NCBI GenBank assembly: GCA_945957175.1
Contig: CAMFJL010000004.1
Span: 21,994 to 85,993, forward strand
Source of the DNA: an uncultured Legionellales bacterium
GTDB lineage: Bacteria; Pseudomonadota; Gammaproteobacteria; UBA1113
DNA length: 64,000 nucleotides
Direction: 5' to 3'
The notes under the pieces are model-generated. The model searched no databases. It saw nothing but the letters and a program-made list of their open reading frames with translations, and was not told the DNA's origin. A program made the translations under genes and the position numbers. Shown one piece after another: positions 49,331 to 59,710 of the stretch (positions are counted from its first letter, which is position 1; each line of letters opens with the position of its first letter).

Positions 49331-50647
49331 CTAATCCGTGTTTGATATCAGCACCAAACCAAGTTGACCCGCTAAATCAATAAAATTGGGGAACGATGTT
49401 GCAATATTGTCGCAATCTGTCACCACAATCGGTGCCAAAGCCACACTGCCTGCAACCAGTAATGCCATAGCGATACGATGATCCCCTTTCGCATCGATCG
49501 TACCGCCCCGAAACACGCCACCTTGAATCTGCATTGCGTCATCGGTCCATTGGCATGCAATCCCTAAGCTTGTTAATGCCTCTGCCATTGTCGCGAGCCG
49601 ATTGCTTTCTTTCACCGTGAGCTCTTTCACCCCCGTAACTGATGTCACCCCTTCTGACATGGCTGCGGCAACAAAAATAATCGGAAACTCATCAATGGCG
49701 CTGGCCACAAATTCACTGGGAATGGTGATACCTTTGAGTTTGGCTGAAGCGACTGTTATGGTTGCCGTAGGCTCAAGCGCACCGGCAACTGTTGTTTCTG
49801 TTATGTCAATGCGAGCCCCCATCAAACGCAAAATGTGAATAAGACCCAATCTGCTTGGATTGATACCCACATGTTTGATTTGAATCTGTGAGCCTGGTAC
49901 AAGACATGCCGCAACCATAAAAAAGGCTGCTGAAGAAAAATCACCTGGTACATGTAAATCTAATGGCGCTAAGGCTGTTGGTGGCGTTAAGGTAACACTA
50001 CTATCATGGCAGACAAGCGCCACCCCCATCTGAATTAACATACGCTCACTGTGATCGCGGCTCAGGGTTGGCTCTGTGATGGTGGTATTACCATCCGCAT
50101 AAAGGCCGGCCAGTAAGAGACATGATTTAACTTGCGCGCTGCTAACAGGGCTTGCATAGTGAATGCCTTGCAACGTAGCTGGCTCAATGGCAAGCGGCGC
50201 TGTATCAGCAGTGGTTCCTTTGATATTGGCACCCATCTGTGTCAGCGGCTCAATGATCCGTTTCATGGGCCTTTTGCTTAACGACACATCTCCCACAAGG
50301 GTTGAGGTAAAACGCTGGCCTGATAAAAGGCCTGCCATGAGACGCATCCCAGTGCCCGAATTACCAAAATCAAGCGACTGCGAGGCCGCTTTCAACCCAT
50401 GAAGTCCCACCCCGTCAATGATCCAATGGGTCAAAGACGAATGGCTCGCACGTATAGATACGCCTAAGGCTTGCAAAGCCTGCATGGTATGTCGATTATC
50501 CTCGCCCAGCAGCAAACCTTGCAGATGAGAAACGCCATCGGCAAGTGCACTTAACATGACCGCACGATGCGATATAGACTTGTCGCCTGGCACCTGTATT
50601 TCACCGTGTAGGCCAGATGATAAAGGCTTTGATTGATATTGCAACAT
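49331..50647 (-). CDS. aroA: EPSP synthase (class II type)
   Basis: PGDKSISHRA, GNSGT, SAQVKS, RDHSE, IDEFP, KESNR, DHRIAM. Confidence 0.97.
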   Translation of the reverse strand: MLQYQSKPLSSGLHGEIQVPGDKSISHRAVMLSALADGVSHLQGLLLGEDNRHTMQALQALGVSIRASHSSLTHWIIDGVGLHGLKAASQSLDFGNSGTGMRLMAGLLSGQRFTSTLVGDVSLSKRPMKRIIEPLTQMGANIKGTTADTAPLAIEPATLQGIHYASPVSSAQVKSCLLLAGLYADGNTTITEPTLSRDHSERMLIQMGVALVCHDSSVTLTPPTALAPLDLHVPGDFSSAAFFMVAACLVPGSQIQIKHVGINPSRLGLIHILRLMGARIDITETTVAGALEPTATITVASAKLKGITIPSEFVASAIDEFPIIFVAAAMSEGVTSVTGVKELTVKESNRLATMAEALTSLGIACQWTDDAMQIQGGVFRGGTIDAKGDHRIAMALLVAGSVALAPIVVTDCDNIATSFPNFIDLAGQLGLVLISNTD

Positions 50648-50885
50648 TATGTTCCCTTATTTACTTGGGTATATACCCGTCGTCTTTCAAAACACCTGCT
50701 TTCAGATGCGCGGCGTCATGGTTATAGAAGTACGCCCTTTGCGGTCACTCTTACAGATTAAGCATCTGTGCATTTCGAAGTTACTTCGTGTTAAAGATAA
50801 CATCACCTATATCTATCGTACCATGAAGCGATATGACAAATAAGTACTTTATAAATTATTTTATCATGTGATATGAAATAATTTG

Positions 50886-51911
50886 CTATACGGCCAACCA
50901 ATAGGGTTGTAATTGTTCCACACAGGGCACCCAATCGCACACGACGCCCGCTGTTTCCATCCCGGTGATATGCCAAGCATAGGCGCTTTCCGTTAAATAA
51001 CGACCCGCGACATAATTAGCTTGCTTGCACCTCGTACTCACAAGAAGAAGCGCTTGTAGCACCCAAGGTTCATCGATACCATCGAAGACGAGACCACCTT
51101 GGTAGCTTGCAGCACCTATCATATCCAAGCTATCCATGCCTTCTGCGCGTTTTGTTATCGTTATCCGAACCCCTAGCTGTTGTAACACCGTAAAAAGACA
51201 CATCAAGGTGTTTTGCGAAGCTTTGTTCAAACGATTAAGATGTGTTATCCGCACATGACCCCGAATACATGCACTTACCGCAATGAGTGTTGATACAAAC
51301 GGCAGGTTATGAGTCGCCTGAAATTGATAATGCCCAAGTATCATGGCATGGGGATTGGCTATGCTTATCTCGCGATTTTTAACATCATATTGAAAGTCGA
51401 GCCCCATCATTTGATAAGGTGAGAGCAGATCGCCTGTTAAAAAGCCATCTGACAACAAAACATGCGCTATGTCATAGTGCCCTGCATGCAGCGCACGTAA
51501 GGCAATAAAAGGTAATATCGTTTCCTCATCACCCATAGGCTGATAAGCTTGTGCCTGGTACGTGCCTGGATATACACGAATAAGACTTAAAGCATCATCT
51601 GTTTCAACACAAATACCTGAGTTTGCCAGTAAATGCTGAATTTGCCATAGCGCTGCCCTTGCTTCCAAGACGCCGTGAATACGAATTAACATAGGCTGTT
51701 TCGCAAAAGTTGACACGATGATCAAGGCTGCCAAAGCTTTGGGTGCTATGTTGCCATCAATGTCACAAACATCGTGAGCCAAATCACTTTCTGTAACTGA
51801 CGTATCCTTAGCCAAGCTTTCGATCATGCCTGAAAGTTCGATTGTCAGCAAAGCAGGGATGGCATAAAATCGCTGATTTAATGCCGGTTTGGGCTGAATC
51901 CTTAAATACAT
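50886..51911 (-). CDS. Divergent AroA/EPT-fold paralogue lacking catalytic motifs
   Basis: Segment pattern follows the C-terminal three quarters of class I AroA (YQ..AYQPMGD, MMG, GHVRITHL..L, LQQLGV), but SSQF, KETDR and DHR are replaced. Confidence 0.55.
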   Translation of the reverse strand: MYLRIQPKPALNQRFYAIPALLTIELSGMIESLAKDTSVTESDLAHDVCDIDGNIAPKALAALIIVSTFAKQPMLIRIHGVLEARAALWQIQHLLANSGICVETDDALSLIRVYPGTYQAQAYQPMGDEETILPFIALRALHAGHYDIAHVLLSDGFLTGDLLSPYQMMGLDFQYDVKNREISIANPHAMILGHYQFQATHNLPFVSTLIAVSACIRGHVRITHLNRLNKASQNTLMCLFTVLQQLGVRITITKRAEGMDSLDMIGAASYQGGLVFDGIDEPWVLQALLLVSTRCKQANYVAGRYLTESAYAWHITGMETAGVVCDWVPCVEQLQPYWLAV

Positions 51912-52268
51912 GACTAACTCCTGTCAATACTCACGGGTCTTTTAGATGTCTATGTGATCTGAAGTCAAACTAAACTATCGACGACGTACCGCGACTTGTT
52001 CGCGACATCTAGGTTTTGGTACCGCATGGTGCCTACCATTTAAGAAAACGGGGCATCGTTCAATTCACACATATATATTATTTTTTAATGCCGCGTTGTA
52101 CCATCCGTATCGAATACCTAAGCATCGTATAAAAATATTGTCGTCACCGCTTTTAATTGCTCACAAAGTTTCCAAAATAACCTATAGTGATAGAAAGCGT
52201 TCTTGATTTTTAGTGGAACGGACAAGCGTGATTGCAGATGCATGAAACTGTGATAAGGGGTCTTCGAT

Positions 52269-52841
52269 ATGAGCACATGGGTTTACGACAGTCATCAATC
52301 GCAATGGCTGACTTTAATACAACTTGCAGAAGCACAGGCCAAACTAGCGCTGCCTGATCTGCTAGAGCAATATCTCTCGTCGCTACTGCTGCGCTTTAAT
52401 AAACAACCCGATATTGCTGGTGCTGTCTTAGCCGAAGACTACCTGCATGCCGCTGAGCTCAATGGCGCCGCAAGACGTTTTGCCATGCTCGAGGTGGCTG
52501 AAAAGTGTTTATTATTTGCGGGGCTTTTCCCGGCACGCGCTGAAAAACGGTTGGTGAACGTGCGTTATTGGACTGATTTGGGACGTTCGGCTTACCAACA
52601 ATTAGCCTCAGCAACGCAACAAGCCTTGTCGGAATTTTATGAAACCATTGCCCGTGAGTTTGTGACGCTGATGACAGTGCTTATTGCCTGTCGTCAGCAC
52701 CCTTGGCTAAAGCCTAGCATCTCTGTCATGGATGCTTATAGCCTGTGGGAACTCGAACCGTGCCATGCACTGTTTACCCAACTAGGCTATGCACCCCCAA
52801 CTGCCACAGTGATTCATCCTGCTTCACCTACCACACATTAA
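52269..52841 (+). CDS. Conserved hypothetical protein
   Basis: LEQYL..LLLRF, EKCLLFAGLFP.RA, Y..DLGRSAY pattern; 190-aa ORF. Confidence 0.7.
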   Translation: MSTWVYDSHQSQWLTLIQLAEAQAKLALPDLLEQYLSSLLLRFNKQPDIAGAVLAEDYLHAAELNGAARRFAMLEVAEKCLLFAGLFPARAEKRLVNVRYWTDLGRSAYQQLASATQQALSEFYETIAREFVTLMTVLIACRQHPWLKPSISVMDAYSLWELEPCHALFTQLGYAPPTATVIHPASPTTH

Positions 52842-52843
52842 AC

Positions 52844-52871
52844 CTCATGGCGCCGATACCGACGCCATGAG
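52844..52871. terminator. Stem-loop between convergent genes
   Basis: ctcatggcg / cgccatgag 9-bp stem immediately after the stop at 52841. Confidence 0.55.
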
Positions 52872-52902
52872 ACAGACAGATCTAAAACCCAAAAATCCCG
52901 TA

Positions 52903-55878
52903 CTAGTTCCTACTCCATGATGCATCAAAGAAAAAGTCGCTCTCTGGCGCCTTGGCATCCTTGGTAGCGGGGTTTGGCTTTAGGTCAAACAACGATGGGC
53001 CGCCCGGAGACGACAGCTTGGTGGACGTAGTTTTCTTTGCTAGCTCGCTTTCTAGACTCGGAAATGCCGCGCTAGGTTGGATAATTTTAACTTGGCTTTG
53101 CCGCAAACCTTGCTCTAAGGCCTGTTGACTATTCCCTACTAAAGGAACATCTATCAAATTAAGAAGTCGTAACGCTGGCGCCAACGGTAAGGCTTCGGCA
53201 AGTGCTATCAGCGCATACTCATCCATCTGTTCATTACCACCCAACACTAAGTCTTTGATAGCACTGCCTGGCAAAGCATAAGCAATCGCCGTCGCTTCCG
53301 TCGCTGTTAACTGGCACAAACTGAGATCTAATTCGACAGCGCTTGAGTCTCGGCGCATAAACTGATCCAACGCTTCTTGTTTGTCTGAACGTCCTGCTTT
53401 TATCAACCGATCACTCAGCGCATACAAAGCGCATAAGTTAGGAAGTAAGCTCTGAAGTTGAAGCTTCATAAACCTTACCTGAGACTCACCCGAAAGCTGC
53501 TTAGCAACACTGAAAATACGATATAATGCATGATAAAGCCAGACAGTGCGAGTATCCCGACCTATAGTGAACCAAGCATCATATTTATCCGAGATAAGAG
53601 CATCGAGCCATCTCAGCGTTTCTTGAGCATTTTCATCCTTTACACCCCCGAGACGATTAAAAATGGACGCAATACCGTCAGGTACATGATACTTGACACG
53701 GCCATACGACACTTGTGTATCATCCCATCGCCAAGCACTTACAGGAAAAAAACCTTCAGAGATAGCTTCACCTAATGTGCAATATAAAGTACGTAAACTT
53801 GTTGTTAACGTACGCGCCATGTCAGGCACATCCTGATAAGAAGGGATACCACTCACCGAGCTAGAATCACTACTACTGCTACTCGAGCTTGAGCATGGCG
53901 CCACATCTGGAGAAGAAGAAGAGAGCGAATCACGACTACTACTCGACGGCTGAGTACTTAATGCCCGTGGTTGGCTAGCCATCAAGACCAATGGCCGTGC
54001 TGAGCTGCTACTGCTACTGCTACTGCTACTGCTACTGCTACTGCTACTGCTACTGCTACTCGATATTGTGGGCGATGCGGTCGATAAATCAAGCGCTTGA
54101 TGCGTAGCACTTGGTAGTTGCACAATGGGCCTACTGAAATTTTTGCGTTGCCATTTCTCCTTAAACTCAGCATGTAAAGACTCACTCAGTCCTAAAGCTT
54201 CTACGTGGGGCACCGCTCGTCCAAGGTATTCGACTAGATTGCTAAGTTTAGTAGTGAAAATTTTTCCTACACCAGTGAGATCGATTTGGGTCAATGATAA
54301 CGCAGACACCTCCTGTAGCGCTTGGGTAAGCGTCTCCACAGAAGCATCCGGATTATGCGCTAATGTGGCATCAAAGATTTTTTTTACAGCGATATCTATT
54401 TGAGCCAATGATAGCGCAGTTACATCTTCTAGTGCCTGAATGAGAAGATCCACAGAAGCGGCTGGATTATTGGCCCGTGTGGCCTTGAGAATCATTTTTA
54501 TACTGGTAAGATCGCTTTGGGCCAATAATAACGCAGGTACATCCTGTGCATCCTGCGCATCCTGTAGCGGTTGGATAAGATCCTCCACAAGAGCATATGG
54601 ATTTTGCGTTAGTGTAGCATTGAAAACTGCTCTTATCATAACAAGCTCTTTGGGAGTCAATGATAGCGTGACTACATTCTCTAGCACTTGGATGAGAAAA
54701 CTCCCCGAAGCCGCTGGATTATCTATTAGTGCAACATTGAGGATTGTTTTGATACTGGCAAGATCGCGCTGGTTCAAAGATAATACAGGTGCATCCTGTA
54801 GCGCTCGAATAAGAGCCCCCACAGAAGCGCTTGGATTATGCGCCACCGAAAGGACTGAAAGCTTAGTATCACCCACCAACACAAACGCAATGGCTTGCAT
54901 ATCCTCTGTCTCAAGACCGCATTCATTTAAATTTAAGGCAGTCCCGGTACCCTGAAGAAAATCAATTAAGCTTTGATATTCGATCTGAGATGCCTCATCT
55001 CCTGCGAATCTGTTGAGTAAATCTTTCAGCCTTATTAAGGTGGGTATTAGTGCTTCTAAACGGTTTTGTAAAAAGGTTTCTGATTTAGGCGGTGGCGCTT
55101 GCTTTTGGTGCGCATCCGCACCCGCAGCAGCTCGTACTTGGTTCTCTTCTTTTTTTAGATGATTGTAAATGGCAAACGTATCACGCAACAAACGACGCCA
55201 TAAGGCAATCATCATATCTTCCTCTTGTTCGGCTATTTGCTGTCCTTCCTTTCTCAGCAAGACTTCACTCTTTGACACCGCCGCTATCAAAGCCTCTATC
55301 GCTATAGCATTTTGAGGATTCTGTGCTAATCTCGTCCATAGCGCTTCCGTGACATCTGCCCCGGCTAAATCATCATGCACTTTAACTATCTGCAAAGGTA
55401 AATTTGTTGCAGCCGCTGCTAGCGCATCGCAAAGCGCTCTCAACGATTTAAATAGCTCTAACGCACGTGTCCGCTTTTGATGTACTTCTTCGTGTCCATT
55501 TACCATCCTACGAAGACTACCTGGGTCTCGACCTGGCGTACCTTGCCAGCTTGATGACAGACTTGATGACAGAGCGGACTTCGCCGGATGTCCAGAACGC
55601 TGTATTGTTATGCCGACTGGTAATGGGGCACTAGACAAACCGCGGCTCGGAGATGAGTCTGGGCTTGATGATGAGCTGCTCGACGATGGTGAGGATGAAT
55701 CTGGACTTGATGATAAGCTGCTCGACGATGGTGACGATAAATCTGAGCTTGGCGATAAGCAACTTTGGGATGAGGATGGTGATACTGTTTCTTTTGGTGA
55801 CAGTTCGGTATTATTATCTGCGTCTGGAAAGACAGCCTGTTGTTCTTGTTGCTCTTCATCACTATCAAATTGAAACAT
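52903..55878 (-). CDS. Ser-rich protein with RI-like leucine-rich repeats, putative effector
   Basis: LNLNECGL, LSVAHNP, LDLSLCQL, LVLGGN, LNLIDV LRR units; poly-Ser tracts; about 41-aa internal repeats. Confidence 0.7.
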   Translation of the reverse strand: MFQFDSDEEQQEQQAVFPDADNNTELSPKETVSPSSSQSCLSPSSDLSSPSSSSLSSSPDSSSPSSSSSSSSPDSSPSRGLSSAPLPVGITIQRSGHPAKSALSSSLSSSWQGTPGRDPGSLRRMVNGHEEVHQKRTRALELFKSLRALCDALAAAATNLPLQIVKVHDDLAGADVTEALWTRLAQNPQNAIAIEALIAAVSKSEVLLRKEGQQIAEQEEDMMIALWRRLLRDTFAIYNHLKKEENQVRAAAGADAHQKQAPPPKSETFLQNRLEALIPTLIRLKDLLNRFAGDEASQIEYQSLIDFLQGTGTALNLNECGLETEDMQAIAFVLVGDTKLSVLSVAHNPSASVGALIRALQDAPVLSLNQRDLASIKTILNVALIDNPAASGSFLIQVLENVVTLSLTPKELVMIRAVFNATLTQNPYALVEDLIQPLQDAQDAQDVPALLLAQSDLTSIKMILKATRANNPAASVDLLIQALEDVTALSLAQIDIAVKKIFDATLAHNPDASVETLTQALQEVSALSLTQIDLTGVGKIFTTKLSNLVEYLGRAVPHVEALGLSESLHAEFKEKWQRKNFSRPIVQLPSATHQALDLSTASPTISSSSSSSSSSSSSSSSSSSSSARPLVLMASQPRALSTQPSSSSRDSLSSSSPDVAPCSSSSSSSSDSSSVSGIPSYQDVPDMARTLTTSLRTLYCTLGEAISEGFFPVSAWRWDDTQVSYGRVKYHVPDGIASIFNRLGGVKDENAQETLRWLDALISDKYDAWFTIGRDTRTVWLYHALYRIFSVAKQLSGESQVRFMKLQLQSLLPNLCALYALSDRLIKAGRSDKQEALDQFMRRDSSAVELDLSLCQLTATEATAIAYALPGSAIKDLVLGGNEQMDEYALIALAEALPLAPALRLLNLIDVPLVGNSQQALEQGLRQSQVKIIQPSAAFPSLESELAKKTTSTKLSSPGGPSLFDLKPNPATKDAKAPESDFFFDASWSRN
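54005..54060. repeat. (CTGCTA)9 in-frame microsatellite encoding poly-Ser
   Basis: Nine perfect hexamers plus a partial one, read directly from the sequence. Confidence 0.95.
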
Positions 55879-56297
55879 GATGTTTCCCCTTTATTATTCG
55901 TTGTTTTAGGTCGCTCATGTGACAAATACATAGGACTGACAAGCTTCATCTTTCAAAACATTGAACCTTAGATACGCGGAGTCATGATTATAGAAGCAAC
56001 TCTTGTGGTCGCACCGACAACCGAAACTTCTCGTATATAAACCCAATACTTTCAAATTGAATAGGTATGGATCCCTAAATCTGTACAAGAACTGTTGACA
56101 TTGTACATGTTTTTTTCAAGTTTGCCTATACCTTAAGTATGCAAGATGTGTGCTTTTAGTTTCACTCACTTAACATGCAAAAAACGCCATTCTCCTAACT
56201 TGGAAGAAGACAACAGAAGGGATAAATGAGGGGTTAATCGCATAGCATCGCGATGATGAAGGCGTGTACATGGCTGTACACGCCACAAGGGTCGGAT

Positions 56298-57584
56298 CTA
56301 ACGCTTATCGATAGGCACGTAAGCGCGCTCAGTGTAGCCAGTGTAAAGCTGACGTGGGCGACCGATTTTAAAACCAGGTTCGCTCACCATTTCACACCAT
56401 TGAGAAATCCAACCAACGGTTCTTGCAAGTGCAAAAATAACAGTAAACATATTTGCAGGAATACCTAATGCACTTAAGGTGATACCGGAATAAAAATCGA
56501 CATTAGGATAGAGTTTTCTACTCACAAAATAATCATCTTCTAAAGCAATACGCTCAAGCTCCATGGCTAATTTAAAGACTTTACTATCCCGTAGACCAAC
56601 CGTGTCGAGCACTTCGTGACAAGTGTCACGCATCACTTTGGCGCGCGGGTCATAATTTTTATAAACCCGATGGCCAAAGCCCATGAGTCTAAACGGATCA
56701 TCTTTATCTTTCGCTTTAGCAATGTATTTAGGCACATTGCTGACATCACCAATATCGTAAAGCATGTTAAGCGCAGCTTCATTAGCACCACCATGCGCCG
56801 GTCCCCATAAAGCCGCGATACCCGCTGCGATACACGCAAACGGATTGGCGCCTGTGGAACCTGCTAAGCGTACGGTTGACGTCGAAGCATTTTGTTCATG
56901 ATCGGCATGCAAAATAAAAATTCTATCCATGGCGCGCGCCAGCACCGGATTCACTTGCCAATCTTCAGAAGGCACGCTGAACATCATACGCAAAAAGTCT
57001 TCAGCGTAGCTCAAATCATTACGCGGATACAGCATGGGCTGACCCAATGAATATTTGTAACACATAGCTGCCAAGGTTGGCATTTTGGCAATCAAGCGAT
57101 GGGCTGAAATACGACGGTCTTCTGGGTCATTGATGTTAAGTGAATCATGATAAAACGCGGACAGCGCACCAACAACACCCATCATAATAGCCATAGGATG
57201 GGCATCGCGACGAAAACCATTAAAGAAACTGCGAATTTGTTCATGCACCATGGTATGACTCGTGATACTGCCGACGAAAGCATCTCGCTCAGATTTTGTA
57301 GGCAATTCACCATTAAGCAGCAAATAACAAACTTCTAAATAATCCGATTTAGCAGCTAATTGCTCGATAGGATAACCACGATGTAATAAAATACCGTTAT
57401 CACCATCGATAAACGTAATTTTCGATTCGCAAGCGGCTGTCGCAGTAAATCCTGGATCAAAGGTAAATAACGCATGCTTGGCTAGAGGCGCTGCATCAAC
57501 TGTATCTTGACCAAGGCTTGGATGACGAACGGGTAAATCCACTGACGTACCATCAATATCTATGCTAACGTTGTTTGTGCTCAT
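56298..57584 (-). CDS. gltA: Citrate synthase (type II)
   Basis: [41 protein letters not shown]. Confidence 0.98.
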   Translation of the reverse strand: MSTNNVSIDIDGTSVDLPVRHPSLGQDTVDAAPLAKHALFTFDPGFTATAACESKITFIDGDNGILLHRGYPIEQLAAKSDYLEVCYLLLNGELPTKSERDAFVGSITSHTMVHEQIRSFFNGFRRDAHPMAIMMGVVGALSAFYHDSLNINDPEDRRISAHRLIAKMPTLAAMCYKYSLGQPMLYPRNDLSYAEDFLRMMFSVPSEDWQVNPVLARAMDRIFILHADHEQNASTSTVRLAGSTGANPFACIAAGIAALWGPAHGGANEAALNMLYDIGDVSNVPKYIAKAKDKDDPFRLMGFGHRVYKNYDPRAKVMRDTCHEVLDTVGLRDSKVFKLAMELERIALEDDYFVSRKLYPNVDFYSGITLSALGIPANMFTVIFALARTVGWISQWCEMVSEPGFKIGRPRQLYTGYTERAYVPIDKR

Positions 57585-57775
57585 GATGTTTCCTTAAAAC
57601 ATACAGTTACGACTCAGACTTCATCATTCAACAAGAAGCCATAGCCACCTTTACCGATCTCATCTCATCGTAACAACAAAAAGATATGCCTAAGTATATA
57701 CCCCCCATCTTTCAATCCGCAACGTTGAGACGCAAAAAAGCTATCGCGCAGCAATGACAAGATATGGCACTATAG

Positions 57776-58738
57776 TCAAAGCTTAGCCAGCTGCCGCTGT
57801 AGCGCCTCGCCTTCTAAAAACCAACCACTATAGATACCGACTAAATCAGCACCCGCAGCCAGATTAGAGCTAGCATGCGCGATATCAATATTGCCGCCCT
57901 CCGCAATAATGGCTGCTGTTTGGGGTAGTTGCTGTCTCAGCAGACTGATCGCACGCCTTGTTGCTTCGATCGTAGGCGCGCCAGCGAGATCTTGGGGCCC
58001 AACAACAACATGATCGGCTAACACAACGCCTTCTAACTGAATATCTTTTACAAGTCTAGCTACCAAATTGAGTAAAGGATCCGGTAAATCTGGGCGGATT
58101 TTTACCATAAGCGGTACATAACGATGGTAACTGGTAATTTGTACACCCTGCTCCACCTTCAGCTGGAGCAATAAATCAGCGAGCCATAGACGTAATGTAT
58201 CTTCTGGCATCAGCTGCCAATCCATCCAAGTAAAATCAAAAACCAAGAAATTAGCATACGGATAGACTTCTTGCATACCTAGTTGAAAATCGTGAATGAC
58301 GTCGATGGCTGGTGTTTCTGGTTGTTTGCTGAGTGTGAGAGCTAAAATACCGCGAAAATACGATTTGTTGAGTTGCTTACGTAAATATTGCATACCCTTA
58401 GATGCCGGCTGATATTTTCTCAAAATCAACTGTTTGTGCCGCCCTCGTTGTAAACGGGGCTTAATCTTACCTATCGTCGCTTTAGGTGTAATAGGACCTA
58501 TTGCCAAATACGCGGCGCCAGTCACCGCTAATGCATCGATATAATCACCATGTTTATCAATGCCGCAAGCAACACCACATCGATTAGGAAACGTTAGACC
58601 CATCACGCTAACCGGATTACCTTCAAGGATTTGCGCTTTACGAAGATGTAACTTCATCATAAGACGCAACAGCCACAATTTGAAACGATACGTAAACCCC
58701 AGAGGCAACGCCCTTCGGCTTAAATCATGTAACATCAC
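57776..58738 (-). CDS. Divergent class 2 dihydroorotate dehydrogenase (PyrD)-like protein
   Basis: MGLTFPNRCGVACGIDK, GPITPK, KPRL, VPLMVKIRPDL and AGADLV retained; NRMGFNN and NxSSPNT missing. Confidence 0.7.
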   Translation of the reverse strand: MMLHDLSRRALPLGFTYRFKLWLLRLMMKLHLRKAQILEGNPVSVMGLTFPNRCGVACGIDKHGDYIDALAVTGAAYLAIGPITPKATIGKIKPRLQRGRHKQLILRKYQPASKGMQYLRKQLNKSYFRGILALTLSKQPETPAIDVIHDFQLGMQEVYPYANFLVFDFTWMDWQLMPEDTLRLWLADLLLQLKVEQGVQITSYHRYVPLMVKIRPDLPDPLLNLVARLVKDIQLEGVVLADHVVVGPQDLAGAPTIEATRRAISLLRQQLPQTAAIIAEGGNIDIAHASSNLAAGADLVGIYSGWFLEGEALQRQLAKL

Positions 58739-58756
58739 GCACCTCCCTGCATGTTC

Positions 58757-58875
58757 TATACCCTTCGTCTTTCAATCCACGTTTACCATCGCTACGCGAT
58801 GGTTTTTTTATCCCTCATCCACTACTGCGCAGCATCTTCTCTCGCAAAGAGAGAAAGTCATTTTTTACGCAAAGA
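58757..58875. mobile_element. ERIC-like MITE copy
   Basis: tatacccttcgtctttcaa + ccatcgctacgcgatgg + ccctcatcc...cttctctcgcaaagagagaaag, homologous to 47295-47460. Confidence 0.6.
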
Positions 58876-59580
58876 TCAGGACTTGGTAACCTCGAGTGGG
58901 CACTCCTTAGACCACACTCTTAACATCGCATTGCCCCCTTTTTGGAGGTGAAACGCCACTTCACGGACTTCCACACCATAGTTTTCTGTCTGCAAAGCTA
59001 AAATAAGCTCTCCTAAATGTGGGCAAATATCGCCTTCTGCATTTAACAATGGATAAATGCGGGTTTCTTTGGCAACGCGGCTTAATTCTTTGATGGCAGC
59101 AAGTTGAAACACACTATCTTGATACGGGCCATCAAAAATAAAATTAGCACATACGCTCATGTTAAATTGATAATCAGCAAAAGAAAGGTGTGGTAGAGAC
59201 TGATTGACATAACGGCCTTGTGCAAGACCTTGAGGGTAATCGCGGATAAAAACATCGGCGATATCGCGTTGATTCACCAATAAGTCTTCTGGGCCATTGA
59301 TCCGCGTCCATTGAAACTTATCGACATACTGAAGCAGACGTTGTTCAAATTGAGTCTGCATGACACCAACTGCTGTGGCTATCATATCAGGTGACACATC
59401 ATAGAGCGGGTCGACGCTGGTCACATGGTAACCTCGATGGGTCAATTCTGCATTAAGGCTTGAGCATCCAGACGCCACGTCTAACAAGGGCTGCTGCAAA
59501 TCAGGCTCGCGCAGATCAAACATAAGCAGATAATCTTTGAGTGAATGGCCCCAACCCCACATCAAATCGATCATATGCAT
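58876..59580 (-). CDS. SAM-dependent methyltransferase-like protein
   Basis: YLLMFDL, LDVASGCSS.NAE, SVDPLY, LPHLSF, ETRIYPL, FHLQKGGN. Confidence 0.75.
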   Translation of the reverse strand: MHMIDLMWGWGHSLKDYLLMFDLREPDLQQPLLDVASGCSSLNAELTHRGYHVTSVDPLYDVSPDMIATAVGVMQTQFEQRLLQYVDKFQWTRINGPEDLLVNQRDIADVFIRDYPQGLAQGRYVNQSLPHLSFADYQFNMSVCANFIFDGPYQDSVFQLAAIKELSRVAKETRIYPLLNAEGDICPHLGELILALQTENYGVEVREVAFHLQKGGNAMLRVWSKECPLEVTKS

Positions 59581-59710
59581 TCACTCCATTTCAAACTCAA
59601 TCGCTCTCACTATTATGACACAAGTCGGTTGCGACACCCAAGCATCCTGTTCTACAATATACCCACAGCATTTTCGTGAACTTTACTTATCCTCACTAGG
59701 ATCCCTTTAG

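Noticed and set aside
54005..54060. Phase-variation switch at the (CTGCTA)9 tract
   Set aside because: The unit length is a multiple of three, so slippage cannot frameshift the gene.
54440..54955. Long antisense ORFs (e.g. 54440..54955, 16715..17242, 8739..9077, 28770..29090)
   Set aside because: They are shadows of well-supported genes on the opposite strand, favoured by repeats and codon bias.
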